Sequence record: MK310184
Source: Phage NC-G
Length of the DNA: 64,000 nt
Direction: 5' to 3' (one strand)
Part shown: positions 15,605 to 27,370 of the stretch, piece after piece
How the letters are laid out: every line of letters begins with the position of its first letter
Numbering within the stretch: position 1 is the stretch's first letter
The notes under the pieces: generated by a model
What the model was told of the DNA's origin: nothing
The model's input: the letters and a program-made list of their open reading frames with translations, nothing else
The model's database searches: none
Made by a program: the position numbers and the translations under genes

Positions 15605-15648
15605 TTGATAAGACTACTATAACATAGCCCTATAACATTGTAAACTGG
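15605..15648 (-). promoter_or_regulatory. Early promoter cassette (PeSL-like)
   Basis: Minus strand GTTTACAatgttatagggctaTGTTATAGTAGTCTTATCAAAACAAAAC. Confidence 0.45.
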
Positions 15649-15657
15649 TTTGTGAAA

Positions 15658-16350
<693 letters not shown>

Positions 16351-16358
<8 letters not shown>

Positions 16359-17112
16359 TTTTATTTCCTAATAATTTATCAATAGTGGTGTATAGTTCAG
16401 AAAGAGTGCCGTTATTTTCGACAACAACGTCACCAGGTAAAATTGGTAGACCCGCTTCAGTGATGTGCGAGTCTTGTACTTGACCGGTTTCAGCGCGAAC
16501 TACATGAATAATCGTAGCACCCATCGCTCTGAGCGAATCAATTTCGTGTGTTTGACGAACATCAGGTACGACATAGTATTTCGCATCAGAATATATTCTA
16601 TCAAAATAGTCTAAAGCGAACAACTTAACCCAATACATCTTATCAAATTGGTTAACAATAATATCGGTCCCAAGGGTCTGCATGAGGCGACGTACTGACC
16701 AATTGTTATTTTTATTTATTACTTCAAATAGCTGGTCTTTTGTTTCTTCAGACAAATACTGGACTGGGGTAAGACCATAATGATACGCGGTACGAACATC
16801 AATTCCTGGAATAGGAAGGATATTATTCAGCTTAACAATAGCATGTTCAAAGATATCAATAACATCATACGATTTTAAAGGAAGGGCTTCTTCACGGTCA
16901 TAACCGATGCCTTCAAAACAATTAAAATCCAATTTAGGCATATAGCTACGATCTAATACAGGGTCATCAGATATGTATTCATAAGCTTCTGCCAGATACT
17001 TTTTAATAGGACCAGCGAGTTGAAATTTTACGGAATCCATATTTTCAATTACATAGTTAGCAACGGTGTCCTTACCGCTACGTTTGATTCCTACAATTGA
17101 TATTAGTTTCAT
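16351..17112 (-). CDS. 1: Deoxynucleoside monophosphate kinase gp1
   Basis: P-loop GIKRSGKDT near the N-terminus; size and position match T4 gp1. Confidence 0.9.
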
Positions 17113-17702
17113 TATTTTCTCATAGATGGATGCATAGACATACGAGCCACACGTTGTTCGGCATACGAATCAATTTGTGGACGACCTGTAACTATTGTAC
17201 CATCTATTTCTACAGCAAACGATTTGAAGTTGAATGTTGCTGTAGCGATTATCGCTGGGTCGGAATCTTCTTTATAAGAGTACTGAATCTCGGAAAGGTC
17301 GGACGGCCAACCACCATAGTAATGAATGCTCATTACGATTTTCTGTTTGTTGTTATCAAGAATGTGGAGGGTGATAGCCTCCGGCTGACCTTTAGGGTGC
17401 CAGGCTTCGGATTCATGTGTTACATAGTTGTTTAATGATAACATCCATTTATAAATGTCCAACCATGATTTCAGCTCACGGTCTACAAGAAAGTTCACAA
17501 TCAAAGGGTCGAATTCTACAGTAGAACCTGGCAGTTTAGCACGGTTTATACCCTGGGTCGATCCTGGGACGTCTGAGACCGGAATATGGATACCCGGTAG
17601 TGTTACATCTTGTACGTTCAATTTGAATGCCTGCGTCATTCCTGAGTCACTAACCTCTAAGATAAAGTTAGTAGTGTTAGTTTGGTTAAATAAACCGTTC
17701 AT
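17112..17702 (-). CDS. 3: Tail completion / tube terminator protein gp3
   Basis: Gene order 1-3-2-4 as in T4; 196 aa. Confidence 0.8.
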   Translation of the reverse strand: MNGLFNQTNTTNFILEVSDSGMTQAFKLNVQDVTLPGIHIPVSDVPGSTQGINRAKLPGSTVEFDPLIVNFLVDRELKSWLDIYKWMLSLNNYVTHESEAWHPKGQPEAITLHILDNNKQKIVMSIHYYGGWPSDLSEIQYSYKEDSDPAIIATATFNFKSFAVEIDGTIVTGRPQIDSYAEQRVARMSMHPSMRK

Positions 17703-17790
17703 AGGATTCCTATATTGCTTAAGTCCTAGCCAGTGTATAATGGTCCTAGGTCTGTTCCATTCAATAACTGGCTGGGATAATAGATTAATA

Positions 17791-18627
17791 TTATGCGTTC
17801 TTCCATACTTTCTGAGCTGAGTAACGCTTGCCTTTAGACATGAACTGCTGGAGAGGCATCATTACGACATTAGCCCAATCAGAAGGTTTTATCTCTACTA
17901 AAGGTCCCTTGATATTTCCAGGGATATAAGCCTTAATCATCGCGTCAGCACCAGCGAACCCTTTTACCTTACTCCAATCAATTTTTAATTTGGTCGAGTT
18001 CGTAATGGTAGGCGTACTCGCGTATTGCTTCAGCAATTCTTCTAGAAATTGCTGGCGTGCTTTAGGCGGAATATAGTGTAAGTTCAACCCGTACATCAGA
18101 TTATGCTTACCAAGCCCAAGATAAATGATTAAAGGATATTTGTCCCAGTAGGGTAATGTGTCCTTGTGTTTAGCATCATATATATAAGCATAAAGCTTAC
18201 CAGGGGATGGTTTAGATACCTGGTGTCCTCTAATTCCTTTCTTTAATGTTTCTGTAAACCATTTAGCTGATTTATTGTTTACAGCAGCGCCTTCGTTAGC
18301 AATCTTATCACGAATACTCTTTCTAAAACTATTCACCAAAATCAATTGACGTTCGGCTTTGGTCAATTTATTGCCAGGTTTCTTCTGGAGTTTTTCGACC
18401 TGTACAGCAGTTTTAATTCGACTCGAGTATCGAGACATCGCAGATGTAAAGCTGGAATATTTAATGCCTTTATCTTCAGCGAATTTCTTAGCCGAGACAC
18501 CTTTGGCCTTAGCTTTGGCATATTCAACACCTAAAGCTATCCATTGCTGTTCTGAACGGGTAGGCTTGGAACCTTTTGTGGTTTCAGTAGCCTCATTGAT
18601 GTAGGAAAATATACTCATCCTTTCCAT
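17791..18627 (-). CDS. 2: DNA end protector protein gp2
   Basis: 278 aa basic protein at the T4 gene 2 position. Confidence 0.8.
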   Translation of the reverse strand: MERMSIFSYINEATETTKGSKPTRSEQQWIALGVEYAKAKAKGVSAKKFAEDKGIKYSSFTSAMSRYSSRIKTAVQVEKLQKKPGNKLTKAERQLILVNSFRKSIRDKIANEGAAVNNKSAKWFTETLKKGIRGHQVSKPSPGKLYAYIYDAKHKDTLPYWDKYPLIIYLGLGKHNLMYGLNLHYIPPKARQQFLEELLKQYASTPTITNSTKLKIDWSKVKGFAGADAMIKAYIPGNIKGPLVEIKPSDWANVVMMPLQQFMSKGKRYSAQKVWKNA

Positions 18628-19064
18628 CCTAATTTTTTCAGTGAGTTTTCAGTTATCAATCTAAAATTGATTCCCATTTTATCTGCTGTAGCTTTAGCAG
18701 CTTTCCATTTATCTTTATTTACACTCCATGTATAATGTTCGTTGATATATCTCTTTTTAGCAGCTGTAGTCATTTTAGCAGGCACAGCCGGAGGATGGGT
18801 TTCTTTAAAAGGTTTGACTTCAAAAAAGAATTGTTGGCCATTATCAAACTTAACCCAGAAGTCCATAAAATATCGACGTTTCTTTCCATCGGCATTACTA
18901 AAATACGGAATAACTACCTCTTCAGAGTTCCATTGGACTACGTTAGGATGATTGTCAAGCCAACGCATGAGCCATGCTTCCCATGAGGAACGATATTGGA
19001 TTTTCTTCCAGTCACCTTTATATTTTTGTAAGTTGGTAGGTTTAAATTTCCCTGAGTAAGCCAT
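18615..19064 (-). CDS. 4: Head completion protein gp4
   Basis: 149 aa at the T4 gene 4 position, overlapping gene 2. Confidence 0.8.
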   Translation of the reverse strand: MAYSGKFKPTNLQKYKGDWKKIQYRSSWEAWLMRWLDNHPNVVQWNSEEVVIPYFSNADGKKRRYFMDFWVKFDNGQQFFFEVKPFKETHPPAVPAKMTTAAKKRYINEHYTWSVNKDKWKAAKATADKMGINFRLITENSLKKLGWKG

Positions 19065-19075
19065 AGTTGCCTCCT

Positions 19076-19083
19076 TATAAATA
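19076..19083 (+). promoter_or_regulatory. T4 late-promoter motif TATAAATA upstream of gene 53
   Basis: Exact TATAAATA 28 nt before the gene 53 ATG, at the divergent junction with gene 4. Confidence 0.55.
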
Positions 19084-19110
19084 TTAATATTATTTATACT
19101 CGGAGGCCCT

Positions 19111-19713
19111 ATGCTCTTCTCATTTTTCGATCCTATCGATTACGAATCAAAAACAGTCAAGCCAGATTCCGGCTCATTAACAAATGCCGATGTATTGAGC
19201 GTGCCGATGACTGATATATTTAGAAATTATAAAGAATATTTTGATAGAGTGGCTAAAAATTATACACTAAAAACTTATTATATCAATGGAGCCCCGCGCC
19301 CAGAAGAATTAGCCCATCTTCTTTATGGCAATGTCCAATTATATTGGGTTCTACTGATGTGTAATAATATATACGACCCGTATTATGGATGGATTACCGG
19401 CCAAGAAGCCGCCTACCAAGCAGCCATCCAAAGATATTCTACCGCTGGTGGAAACCAGGTCCTTTACCATGTAAACGAAAAAGGCGAGAAATTCTGGAAT
19501 CTTGTCAACACACCTGAAAATCCATATACTTGGTATGATAAAGGCGATACAGAAAAACGATATCCTCAATACGAAGGTCCATTGGCCGCAGTAGATATTT
19601 ACGAGGATGCTATTCGCAAAAATGAATATAAGCGCGAAATAAAAATTATAGACCCTAATGATATTGAGTCTTTTATTTCTGCTCTTATTCGTGAAATGGA
19701 GAAAGCCCTCTAA
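19111..19713 (+). CDS. 53: Baseplate wedge protein gp53
   Basis: 200 aa at the T4 gene 53 position; stop overlaps the gene 5 start. Confidence 0.85.
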   Translation: MLFSFFDPIDYESKTVKPDSGSLTNADVLSVPMTDIFRNYKEYFDRVAKNYTLKTYYINGAPRPEELAHLLYGNVQLYWVLLMCNNIYDPYYGWITGQEAAYQAAIQRYSTAGGNQVLYHVNEKGEKFWNLVNTPENPYTWYDKGDTEKRYPQYEGPLAAVDIYEDAIRKNEYKREIKIIDPNDIESFISALIREMEKAL

Positions 19714-21455
19714 TGATTAACATGTCTGATAACGTAAGTTGGTTCGTCGGTGTAGTTGAAGACAGAATGGACCCACTCCAACAAGGCCGAGTACGCGTAC
19801 GCGTCTGGGGTATGCATCCATATGAAAAAGTACAAGGTCCTGTAAAAGGCCTTCGTACAGAAGATTTACCATGGATGTCTGTATTAATGCCTACATCTTC
19901 TGCCTCTGTTTCAGGTATCCAAACCGCTATGACCGGTATGGTCCCGGGTACACAAGTTTACGGACACTTTCTTGATAAGTGGAAATTAAACGGGCTTGTC
20001 CTCGGTACATACGGTTCGGCTTCAAAACAAAAGGCAAATCCAAACGAAGGTTTTAGTGACCCTACAGGACAGTATCCACTTTATTTAGGTAATGATGCCG
20101 CTGCACTAAACCGAGGTGGTGAAGTTGGATATGATGCCACTTCTAACGTAATACAAGATGCAAACACCGATGTAGGTATTAATCCGGATGGATTAGATTT
20201 AAGCCAAGTTAAGCCTGATGATAATCCTAATTTCACAATAGAAAACATGCTTCATCGTGATGAGGGTCTTCGTCTGAAGGTATATTGGGACACCGAAGGA
20301 TATCCTACCATAGGTATAGGTCACCTTATTACTCCACAACCTATTAGAGATATGACTCAGATAAACAAAATATTATCTAATCAAATAGGTCGAGAAGTTA
20401 AAGGTAATCCAGGTGCAATATCAATGGACGAGGCTTCTAAGTTATTCCAAGAAGACCTTAAAAAAGTCCAAAACGATATAGGTCGACATAGTGTTGTAGG
20501 TCCGGTTTACAATAAAGAAAACCGTTCAAGGCAAATGGCCCTTGAAAACATGGCGTTCCAAATGGGATTAGGCGGACTTGCTAAATTCCGTGGTATGCTC
20601 AGTGCTATGTTAATAGGCGATTATAAAAAGGCATTTGAGGAAGCTCGTAATTCAGTATGGTTCAACCAAACTAAAGGCCGAGCATCAAGGGTGTCAATGA
20701 TTATCCTTACAGGTAATATGGAATCATACGGTATTATGGCCCCTAAAGAAAGAGAATTTAATGGCCGTTCTTATAGGATGATTCAAACTTTTGCAGCCCC
20801 TACAAATTCCGACCCAGCCGACCCATGGACTCCGGAAGATACAAGGATTCTTTTTAAAGAACCTGATTCTAGTTATAAAGGCGAATACCCGTATGTCCAA
20901 ACCATGCAAACTGAAGGCGGGCATATCCAAGAATTCGATAACACCCCAGGGCAAGAACGTTACCGATTAATCCACCCTACAGGTAGTTACGAAGAAGTCG
21001 CTCCTGACGGACGTAAAACTTCTAAGACGGTAGCCGACGGGTATTATATGACCCAAGGCGATTCTAATACTTATGTTGGTGGTAATAATAAAGTCAATAT
21101 AGGTGGCGATGAAACCTATTATAATATGGCAAACGTTCGACGTCAAACCGACGGTTCTGAAAGCATCCATATTCGTGGTAATGAAACCAAAACAGTAGAA
21201 GGCGACGGGACCCTTATTGTTAAAGGAAATGTTACGGTTATTGTTGAAGGCAATGCTGATATAACTGTTAAAGGTGATGCAAAAACCTTAGTCGAAGGCA
21301 ACCATGATTATACAGTAAACGGGAATGTTAAGTGGTCAGTAAATGGAAACGTCGATATGACTGTTGCCGGTAATTGGTCTGAAACTATGTCGACCATGAG
21401 TTCTATTGCATCCGGTCAATATACTATTGATGGTTCGAGGATTGACATTGGCTAA
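19713..21455 (+). CDS. 5: Baseplate hub / cell-puncturing protein gp5 with lysozyme domain
   Basis: 580 aa; internal lysozyme domain (GLRLKVYWDTEGYPTIGIGHLIT) resembling gene e; C-terminal beta-helix VxGxxxxx repeats. Confidence 0.95.
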   Translation: MINMSDNVSWFVGVVEDRMDPLQQGRVRVRVWGMHPYEKVQGPVKGLRTEDLPWMSVLMPTSSASVSGIQTAMTGMVPGTQVYGHFLDKWKLNGLVLGTYGSASKQKANPNEGFSDPTGQYPLYLGNDAAALNRGGEVGYDATSNVIQDANTDVGINPDGLDLSQVKPDDNPNFTIENMLHRDEGLRLKVYWDTEGYPTIGIGHLITPQPIRDMTQINKILSNQIGREVKGNPGAISMDEASKLFQEDLKKVQNDIGRHSVVGPVYNKENRSRQMALENMAFQMGLGGLAKFRGMLSAMLIGDYKKAFEEARNSVWFNQTKGRASRVSMIILTGNMESYGIMAPKEREFNGRSYRMIQTFAAPTNSDPADPWTPEDTRILFKEPDSSYKGEYPYVQTMQTEGGHIQEFDNTPGQERYRLIHPTGSYEEVAPDGRKTSKTVADGYYMTQGDSNTYVGGNNKVNIGGDETYYNMANVRRQTDGSESIHIRGNETKTVEGDGTLIVKGNVTVIVEGNADITVKGDAKTLVEGNHDYTVNGNVKWSVNGNVDMTVAGNWSETMSTMSSIASGQYTIDGSRIDIG

Positions 21456-21465
21456 TATTTTACCT

Positions 21466-21987
21466 ATGAGCACTGATTTAGGAGACTCCATGGAAGGAGC
21501 CTCAATCGATGTTACGTTTACCGCTCAATTAGAAACAAACGAAACATTAGTTGAAATAAATATAACAGAATATGAGCCGACAGAAGGCATTATTGTCGAT
21601 GGGGCTCGTTTATACGGAACCTATGAATCGGTATTTGGATTCTCTGAAGATGCGTTAAAATATCGATTAGGTGATGAATTTAAAACTGCCGGTTCATGGA
21701 AAGATTTACCAGAGGACAAGAGCACTCAATTATACCTCTGGAAAGCCCCTGGTAATCTTCAGAAGACTTTTTCCTATACTGTCACATTAATCTATGACTT
21801 TCAGGAAGAGTCATCAGGAGGTGATACAGGGAGCTCAGGAGGAAGTAATTCTAGAGCCGGTAACGAAACCGACCCTCCTCCAGCACCAGTAAGAAAAACC
21901 CTTACTAAGGTTTATACCAAGGTTATAGTGGGTAATTGGAGCAAATGGGCTAATCAACTCAGAGAATATGTATATGCGAGGCCATAA
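21466..21987 (+). CDS. 5.1: gp5.1-like protein
   Basis: Position between genes 5 and 5.4; start moved to the first ATG after the gene 5 stop. Confidence 0.6.
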   Translation: MSTDLGDSMEGASIDVTFTAQLETNETLVEINITEYEPTEGIIVDGARLYGTYESVFGFSEDALKYRLGDEFKTAGSWKDLPEDKSTQLYLWKAPGNLQKTFSYTVTLIYDFQEESSGGDTGSSGGSNSRAGNETDPPPAPVRKTLTKVYTKVIVGNWSKWANQLREYVYARP

Positions 21988-22280
21988 TGTCAGGCTTAAG
22001 TTATAATCAATGCGTAACGGCGGGTCATGAAGCATGGCCTCCTACAGTAATAAATGCCACCCAGAGTAAAGTATTTACAGGCGGCATTCCTGTATTAGTC
22101 GATGGGGACTCAATAACTCCTCATACAGAAATTAAAAAACCATATGAAACCCACGGTGGGGTAACCCAACCTAGAACATCAAAGGTATATGTTACAGGCA
22201 AAAAGGCTGTCCAAATGGCAGACCCTATTTCGTGCGGTGATACAGTCGCACAAGCCTCATCTAAAGTATTCATAAAATAG
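21987..22280 (+). CDS. 5.4: PAAR-repeat spike-tip protein gp5.4
   Basis: 97 aa, same size and position as T4 gp5.4. Confidence 0.8.
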   Translation: MSGLSYNQCVTAGHEAWPPTVINATQSKVFTGGIPVLVDGDSITPHTEIKKPYETHGGVTQPRTSKVYVTGKKAVQMADPISCGDTVAQASSKVFIK

Positions 22281-22288
22281 GAATTAAA

Positions 22289-24247
22289 ATGGCTACTCCT
22301 ACGAATTACCAATTAACAAGAACCGTTAACGCTATCCCAAAAGTATTTGTGGGAGCTACGTTTGAAGAAATTAAAAAGAATATTATCGATTGGCTTTCCA
22401 GCCAGGACGAATTTAAGGATTACGATTTCGTTGGTTCTCGAATGAATATCCTTATTGATATGCTTGCTTATAATACTCTTTATATACAGCAATTTGCTAA
22501 CACAGCTTTATACGAGTCTTTTATAGGAACGGCAAACCTTCGTTCTTCGGTTGTCCAGGCTGCACAAGATAACGGATATCTTCCTAGTTCTAAATCGGCG
22601 GCAAAAACAAGTATTATGTTGACCTGTACTCAGGCCCTGAATGAAAAGAATATTCGTATCCCACGTGGTACTAAATTCTTGGCCTATGCTCGTGATACTT
22701 CGGCAGACCCGTATGCTTTTGTTACCACGGAAAACGTTATTGCCGTACGTGATGTTAATAACCAATATCTCCCTATTGTATCTTTAGCACAAGGTCGTAT
22801 TATTCGTACCGAACTTAAGTATGACCCTAAAACCCCTATTCTTATTCGTGACCCGGATATTGATAGACAAGAAGTTAAACTTTATGTCGATGGTGCAGAA
22901 TGGACTAACTGGACTAATAAATCCATGGTTCATGCCGGTAGTACATCAACCATTTACTATATGCGTGAAACCGTAGATGGTAATACCGAATTCTTCTTTG
23001 GTGAAGGCGTTGCCGAAAAATCAGTTGCAGGCGGTGTATTAGAAGCTAACTATATTGGTGGTTTAAAACCTGTTAAAGATGCTACCATTGTTATAGAATA
23101 TCTTCGTACCGATGGTGAAGTTGCTAACGGAGCAGTGGACTTTAGTTATGCGGATTCTTTGGCATATATTACGGTTGAAAAAATTACAGAAAACTATGAT
23201 GGAAATCCGGATTATGTAGGTGCTGATGGTGGTGGTGACCCTGAAGATATCGAACGTATTCGTGAACTAGCTGTAGTTAAACGCGAAGCCCAGATGCGTG
23301 CCGTAACTGGTACAGATTATGATACATTCGTTTCAGAGCGATTTGGTTCTATTGTACAAGCAGTACAAACCTTTACGGACCCAAATAAACCAGGTTACGC
23401 CTTTGTTACTATTAAACCTAAATCAGGATTGTATTTGACCGCAGTTCAACGCGAAGATATCCAAAATTATCTTTCAGAATTTAACTTGGCGCCTATTACT
23501 CCTTCGGTTATTTCTCCGGACTACTTGTTCTTAAAGCATAAAATTAAGGTTTCATATGCACTGAACAAATTACAGGAATCCGAACAATGGCTAACGGCTC
23601 AAATCCTTTCCCAAATAGACCGTTATTATATTAACGAAGTTGAAATATTCAACCACGGATTTGCCAAGTCTAAAATGCTGACTTATATTGATAATGCAGA
23701 CCACAGTATCCTTGGCTCTTCGGCTACGGTAACAATGGTTCGCGAGGTATTAAACTTCTTCAAAACACCTGAAGCGGGTATTAAATACTATAATCAATAC
23801 ACCAACCGTTCTGTAACTTCTAGTGAATTTGAGTTCGTCCCAACAAACGTATCAGATGATATTAAATCTTATAACGTACGTATTGTTGCTACAGATAAAG
23901 ACGAACGAGGCGATGGTAAAATGGTTATAGGTCCTTTCCGTCCAGGTGATGTAATTGAAAACCAATACATCCAACCTTATACCGGAGATGACTTTGATAA
24001 AATGGCAGCTCCTGCAGACCAATCGGTCTACTATGTTATTGGCGAAATTGATTATTACTCAGACTTTATTTTCTGGGATATCGCCGCGATAGGCCTTACT
24101 TCCGACCGTTTTGAAGTCCAGTCTATTGAACTTTATGCAGGACCAGACCAAGACAACATCTTTACCAAAGACGGTTCTTTAATCGTATTTGAAGATGACC
24201 TTCGTCCTCAGTACACAACTATAGAGTTGGAACCAATTACAATATAA
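22289..24247 (+). CDS. 6: Baseplate wedge protein gp6
   Basis: 652 aa at the T4 gene 6 position. Confidence 0.9.
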   Translation: MATPTNYQLTRTVNAIPKVFVGATFEEIKKNIIDWLSSQDEFKDYDFVGSRMNILIDMLAYNTLYIQQFANTALYESFIGTANLRSSVVQAAQDNGYLPSSKSAAKTSIMLTCTQALNEKNIRIPRGTKFLAYARDTSADPYAFVTTENVIAVRDVNNQYLPIVSLAQGRIIRTELKYDPKTPILIRDPDIDRQEVKLYVDGAEWTNWTNKSMVHAGSTSTIYYMRETVDGNTEFFFGEGVAEKSVAGGVLEANYIGGLKPVKDATIVIEYLRTDGEVANGAVDFSYADSLAYITVEKITENYDGNPDYVGADGGGDPEDIERIRELAVVKREAQMRAVTGTDYDTFVSERFGSIVQAVQTFTDPNKPGYAFVTIKPKSGLYLTAVQREDIQNYLSEFNLAPITPSVISPDYLFLKHKIKVSYALNKLQESEQWLTAQILSQIDRYYINEVEIFNHGFAKSKMLTYIDNADHSILGSSATVTMVREVLNFFKTPEAGIKYYNQYTNRSVTSSEFEFVPTNVSDDIKSYNVRIVATDKDERGDGKMVIGPFRPGDVIENQYIQPYTGDDFDKMAAPADQSVYYVIGEIDYYSDFIFWDIAAIGLTSDRFEVQSIELYAGPDQDNIFTKDGSLIVFEDDLRPQYTTIELEPITI

Positions 24248-24274
24248 GCCTCTTCGGAGGTTTAAGGAGATTTA

Positions 24275-27200
24275 ATGTCTGTACAAGCGCCTTATGTTAC
24301 TAGTCTGAGAATTGATAAGCTCTCGGCTAACCATGTGAGCATTCTTTGGGATGACGTAGGCGCCAACTTCTATTATTTCGTAGAACTGGCCCAAACGAAG
24401 GATGCGGGTGTAGAAATTCCCGACGATAGATTATTTTGGAGAAATTTAGGTTACACCCCTAATAACGAATGGTTTGAAGAGGCATTCATTTCTCCTAATT
24501 CATTTTATAAAATGCGAGTTGCGGTCGCTGCTCAGGGGTTTGAGCAGTCTGAGTGGGTTTACACTGAAGAATTTGAAACTTTCTCTACCAACGCATATAC
24601 ATTTGAGCATATGCGTGAATTCACATTGTCTAATAAATTTATTGAAGAAAAATTCACAAAAAATAATCAGAATTATGTGAACTTTAATACTGACGCCATT
24701 ATGGCTTCCTTAATGACGGAAGATTTTAACTTTACGCCGGCGTATTCCCATTTGTCATCTATATCAAATTATGTTTTAAAAGCCGACCGATTCCATGAAA
24801 TCCAAGGAAGCATTCAAGCAGTTTGTAAAGACCCTAAACGTTCTATTTTAATGGAACTTGGTGGAGTTCTGTATCTTTTAGAAAGATTCCAAAGCACAGC
24901 TAAAGTTTCTAATGATAAAGGACAAAACTGGCACTATATTAGATTGTTTAACGATAGAGTGGGTAATCCGGTATCTAGAACGGCCCATTACCAAACAGAA
25001 ACTACTACATACGTACTAGGTTATGACCAAATATTTTACGGGCGTAAATCAAGTGATATTAGATGGTCCGCTGATGACGTTCGCTTTAGTTCTCAGGACG
25101 TAACATTTGCTAAAATCGGTAGTGATATAGACCTTCCGTTTGAAATAGAAATATTTGGGTCATACGCAAAACTCCCATTGCCTATTTCCACTATCGCCGA
25201 AGCTATGTGTGCTTCTGACGATTTCATTTATGTTGCAGGTAGAGACAGAGTTTATAAAGCAAAAACATCCGAGGCCCCTATAGACACTGACCCTAGCTCA
25301 CCAACTTACGGCGAGAAGATATTTGAAAGCGGATATTCAACTATCACAGGGAACCCTAAAGCTGTTTGCTATAAATTAGATTCTATTCAAGGGCATACGT
25401 TTGCTTTAATTACAGGTGAAGTTAAAGAAGAAAAAATGGACCCTACAGTAGAGGCTAACGTAATTGATTCTGAATCTAAAGGTGTCTATTGGTTGGATGT
25501 AGAAACAGATACTTGGACTCGTGTATTCGGAAATACTGAAGAAGAACGTCGTCGTATAGAGCATGGATATACTAGCATGTCTACAGATGGTGAAGAATTA
25601 TTTTTCAGTTCAAGCAACTTTAGATATGAAGTAGAGGTTGATTCTGAACTTCCTTGGAAATATCCTGAAATTGTTACTTCGGCCGTTAAATACGTTAAAG
25701 ACGAACAGTGGATTCATAATAAGCATTATTTGATGATGAGCTTTAGGTCTAACTCTAAATCAGATTTTAAAGAATTTAAACCGGGTCGTATGGCTTATTA
25801 TGCTGAACCGTTCTTCAGTTGGTCACGTCGTGATGGAACCCGTTCTTGGATTACTACGGGTGACCATGCTATGGTCGTTTATAATGATGCTTTGTATCAG
25901 AAAATAATCGACCTTAATAGTGGTTCATCGCCGGAACGTATTGTTCACGAGATTTGGAATAAAGGATTTTGCAAAGTTACATCCCCTAATATCGAATTTA
26001 ATGGCTTTAAAAAATATTCTTCTGGTATGATGATTCACAAATCTACAGGTGAATTAGTTGGTTATTTTGAATTCGACTATCGTGTGCGTGATGAAGTCCG
26101 TGTTATTTGGAAGCCTAAAGAAATTATGTTTACGGCAGAGCTCCAAAACCAAGAGCATGAAATTCCATGGGCCCCTAAAGAAGAGACTGGCGAACAAGAC
26201 CCTGATTTGAAACCGTTATTGGTCAAAATGGTTCCGGATAGTTATTTACTCCAAGATTCCAATTTTGAAAAATTCTGCGAATATTATCTACAGTTTATTA
26301 GTGATGGTTCTGGCACTCATTATAATAATTTGTTAAACCTTATTCGTAATCAGTATCCTCGTGAAGAAGACTCATGGGAATACCTATGGTCTGAAATTTA
26401 TAAACGTAATATCTATTTGTCAAAAGAAAAACGCGACGAAGTTGTTAGATTTTTCCAAGCTCGTCAGTCTGATTTTTGGTCAACTAAAGGTACTGAAGCT
26501 TCATATAAATTCCTGTTTAAATTGCTTTATAATGAAGATGTCGAAATTGATATCGAGTCCAAGAACTCTATCGAATATGATATCATCGTAGAATCCGACA
26601 ATATCAGTGAAGATATCGTAGGCCAAACGATTTATACTCCTACAGGAAGAAGTAATGTTACTTATATAGAACGAAATTACAAAGACGGTAAATTGCAATG
26701 GCGTTTAACCATTCATAATCTTTTAGGTCGTTTTATAGTCGGTCAGGAAATCAAATCTGAACGTACTTCATTTAAGGGTATGATTGTTCAAGGTGTTCGC
26801 GGCAAAGAGCTTTTGAGTAACAACATCGATTATATCAACCGTAACCGTTCTTACTATGTGATGACTATTAAGTCTAATCTCCCAACCTCTCGTTATCGCA
26901 ACGACGTTTTGAGATTTGTTCACCCTGTAGGTTTCGGCTTTATAGGTATAACTTTGCTTTCTATGTTTGTTAACGTTGGTTTAACACTAAAACATACAGA
27001 AACCATTATTAATATCCTTAAGAACTATAAATGGGACTCAGGTTTGCCATCTGAATGGTATGATAGAGTTGCTGTAATAGGTTTTGATGGTAATATAGAA
27101 CGAGACCCTCGTACAGGTGCTCCGATGTACAACGTTGGACCTAAAGCAGGTGAACCGTTTGATATTCCTGCCGATTATGATGCAGAAAATGATTTCTCTG

Positions 27201-27370
27201 TATTCCAAGGTCAATTACCACACGAACGTATTAAAAAGCATAGTCCATTGTTTGACCAAAGTGCTGTGACTTTTGCCAATTGGCGTGCACTGGTTGATAA
27301 GCGTCTTAAAGACGATATTGGAAATCCTAGAGACCCTAAAGTTCCAACTCAGGTAAAAATTAATGATTAA
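24275..27370 (+). CDS. 7: Baseplate wedge initiator gp7
   Basis: 1031 aa (T4 gp7 is about the same size). Confidence 0.9.
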   Translation: MSVQAPYVTSLRIDKLSANHVSILWDDVGANFYYFVELAQTKDAGVEIPDDRLFWRNLGYTPNNEWFEEAFISPNSFYKMRVAVAAQGFEQSEWVYTEEFETFSTNAYTFEHMREFTLSNKFIEEKFTKNNQNYVNFNTDAIMASLMTEDFNFTPAYSHLSSISNYVLKADRFHEIQGSIQAVCKDPKRSILMELGGVLYLLERFQSTAKVSNDKGQNWHYIRLFNDRVGNPVSRTAHYQTETTTYVLGYDQIFYGRKSSDIRWSADDVRFSSQDVTFAKIGSDIDLPFEIEIFGSYAKLPLPISTIAEAMCASDDFIYVAGRDRVYKAKTSEAPIDTDPSSPTYGEKIFESGYSTITGNPKAVCYKLDSIQGHTFALITGEVKEEKMDPTVEANVIDSESKGVYWLDVETDTWTRVFGNTEEERRRIEHGYTSMSTDGEELFFSSSNFRYEVEVDSELPWKYPEIVTSAVKYVKDEQWIHNKHYLMMSFRSNSKSDFKEFKPGRMAYYAEPFFSWSRRDGTRSWITTGDHAMVVYNDALYQKIIDLNSGSSPERIVHEIWNKGFCKVTSPNIEFNGFKKYSSGMMIHKSTGELVGYFEFDYRVRDEVRVIWKPKEIMFTAELQNQEHEIPWAPKEETGEQDPDLKPLLVKMVPDSYLLQDSNFEKFCEYYLQFISDGSGTHYNNLLNLIRNQYPREEDSWEYLWSEIYKRNIYLSKEKRDEVVRFFQARQSDFWSTKGTEASYKFLFKLLYNEDVEIDIESKNSIEYDIIVESDNISEDIVGQTIYTPTGRSNVTYIERNYKDGKLQWRLTIHNLLGRFIVGQEIKSERTSFKGMIVQGVRGKELLSNNIDYINRNRSYYVMTIKSNLPTSRYRNDVLRFVHPVGFGFIGITLLSMFVNVGLTLKHTETIINILKNYKWDSGLPSEWYDRVAVIGFDGNIERDPRTGAPMYNVGPKAGEPFDIPADYDAENDFSVFQGQLPHERIKKHSPLFDQSAVTFANWRALVDKRLKDDIGNPRDPKVPTQVKIND

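Noticed and set aside
17097-17435. 112-aa plus-strand ORF
   Set aside because: Antisense to gene 3 within a tightly packed minus-strand operon; no start context.
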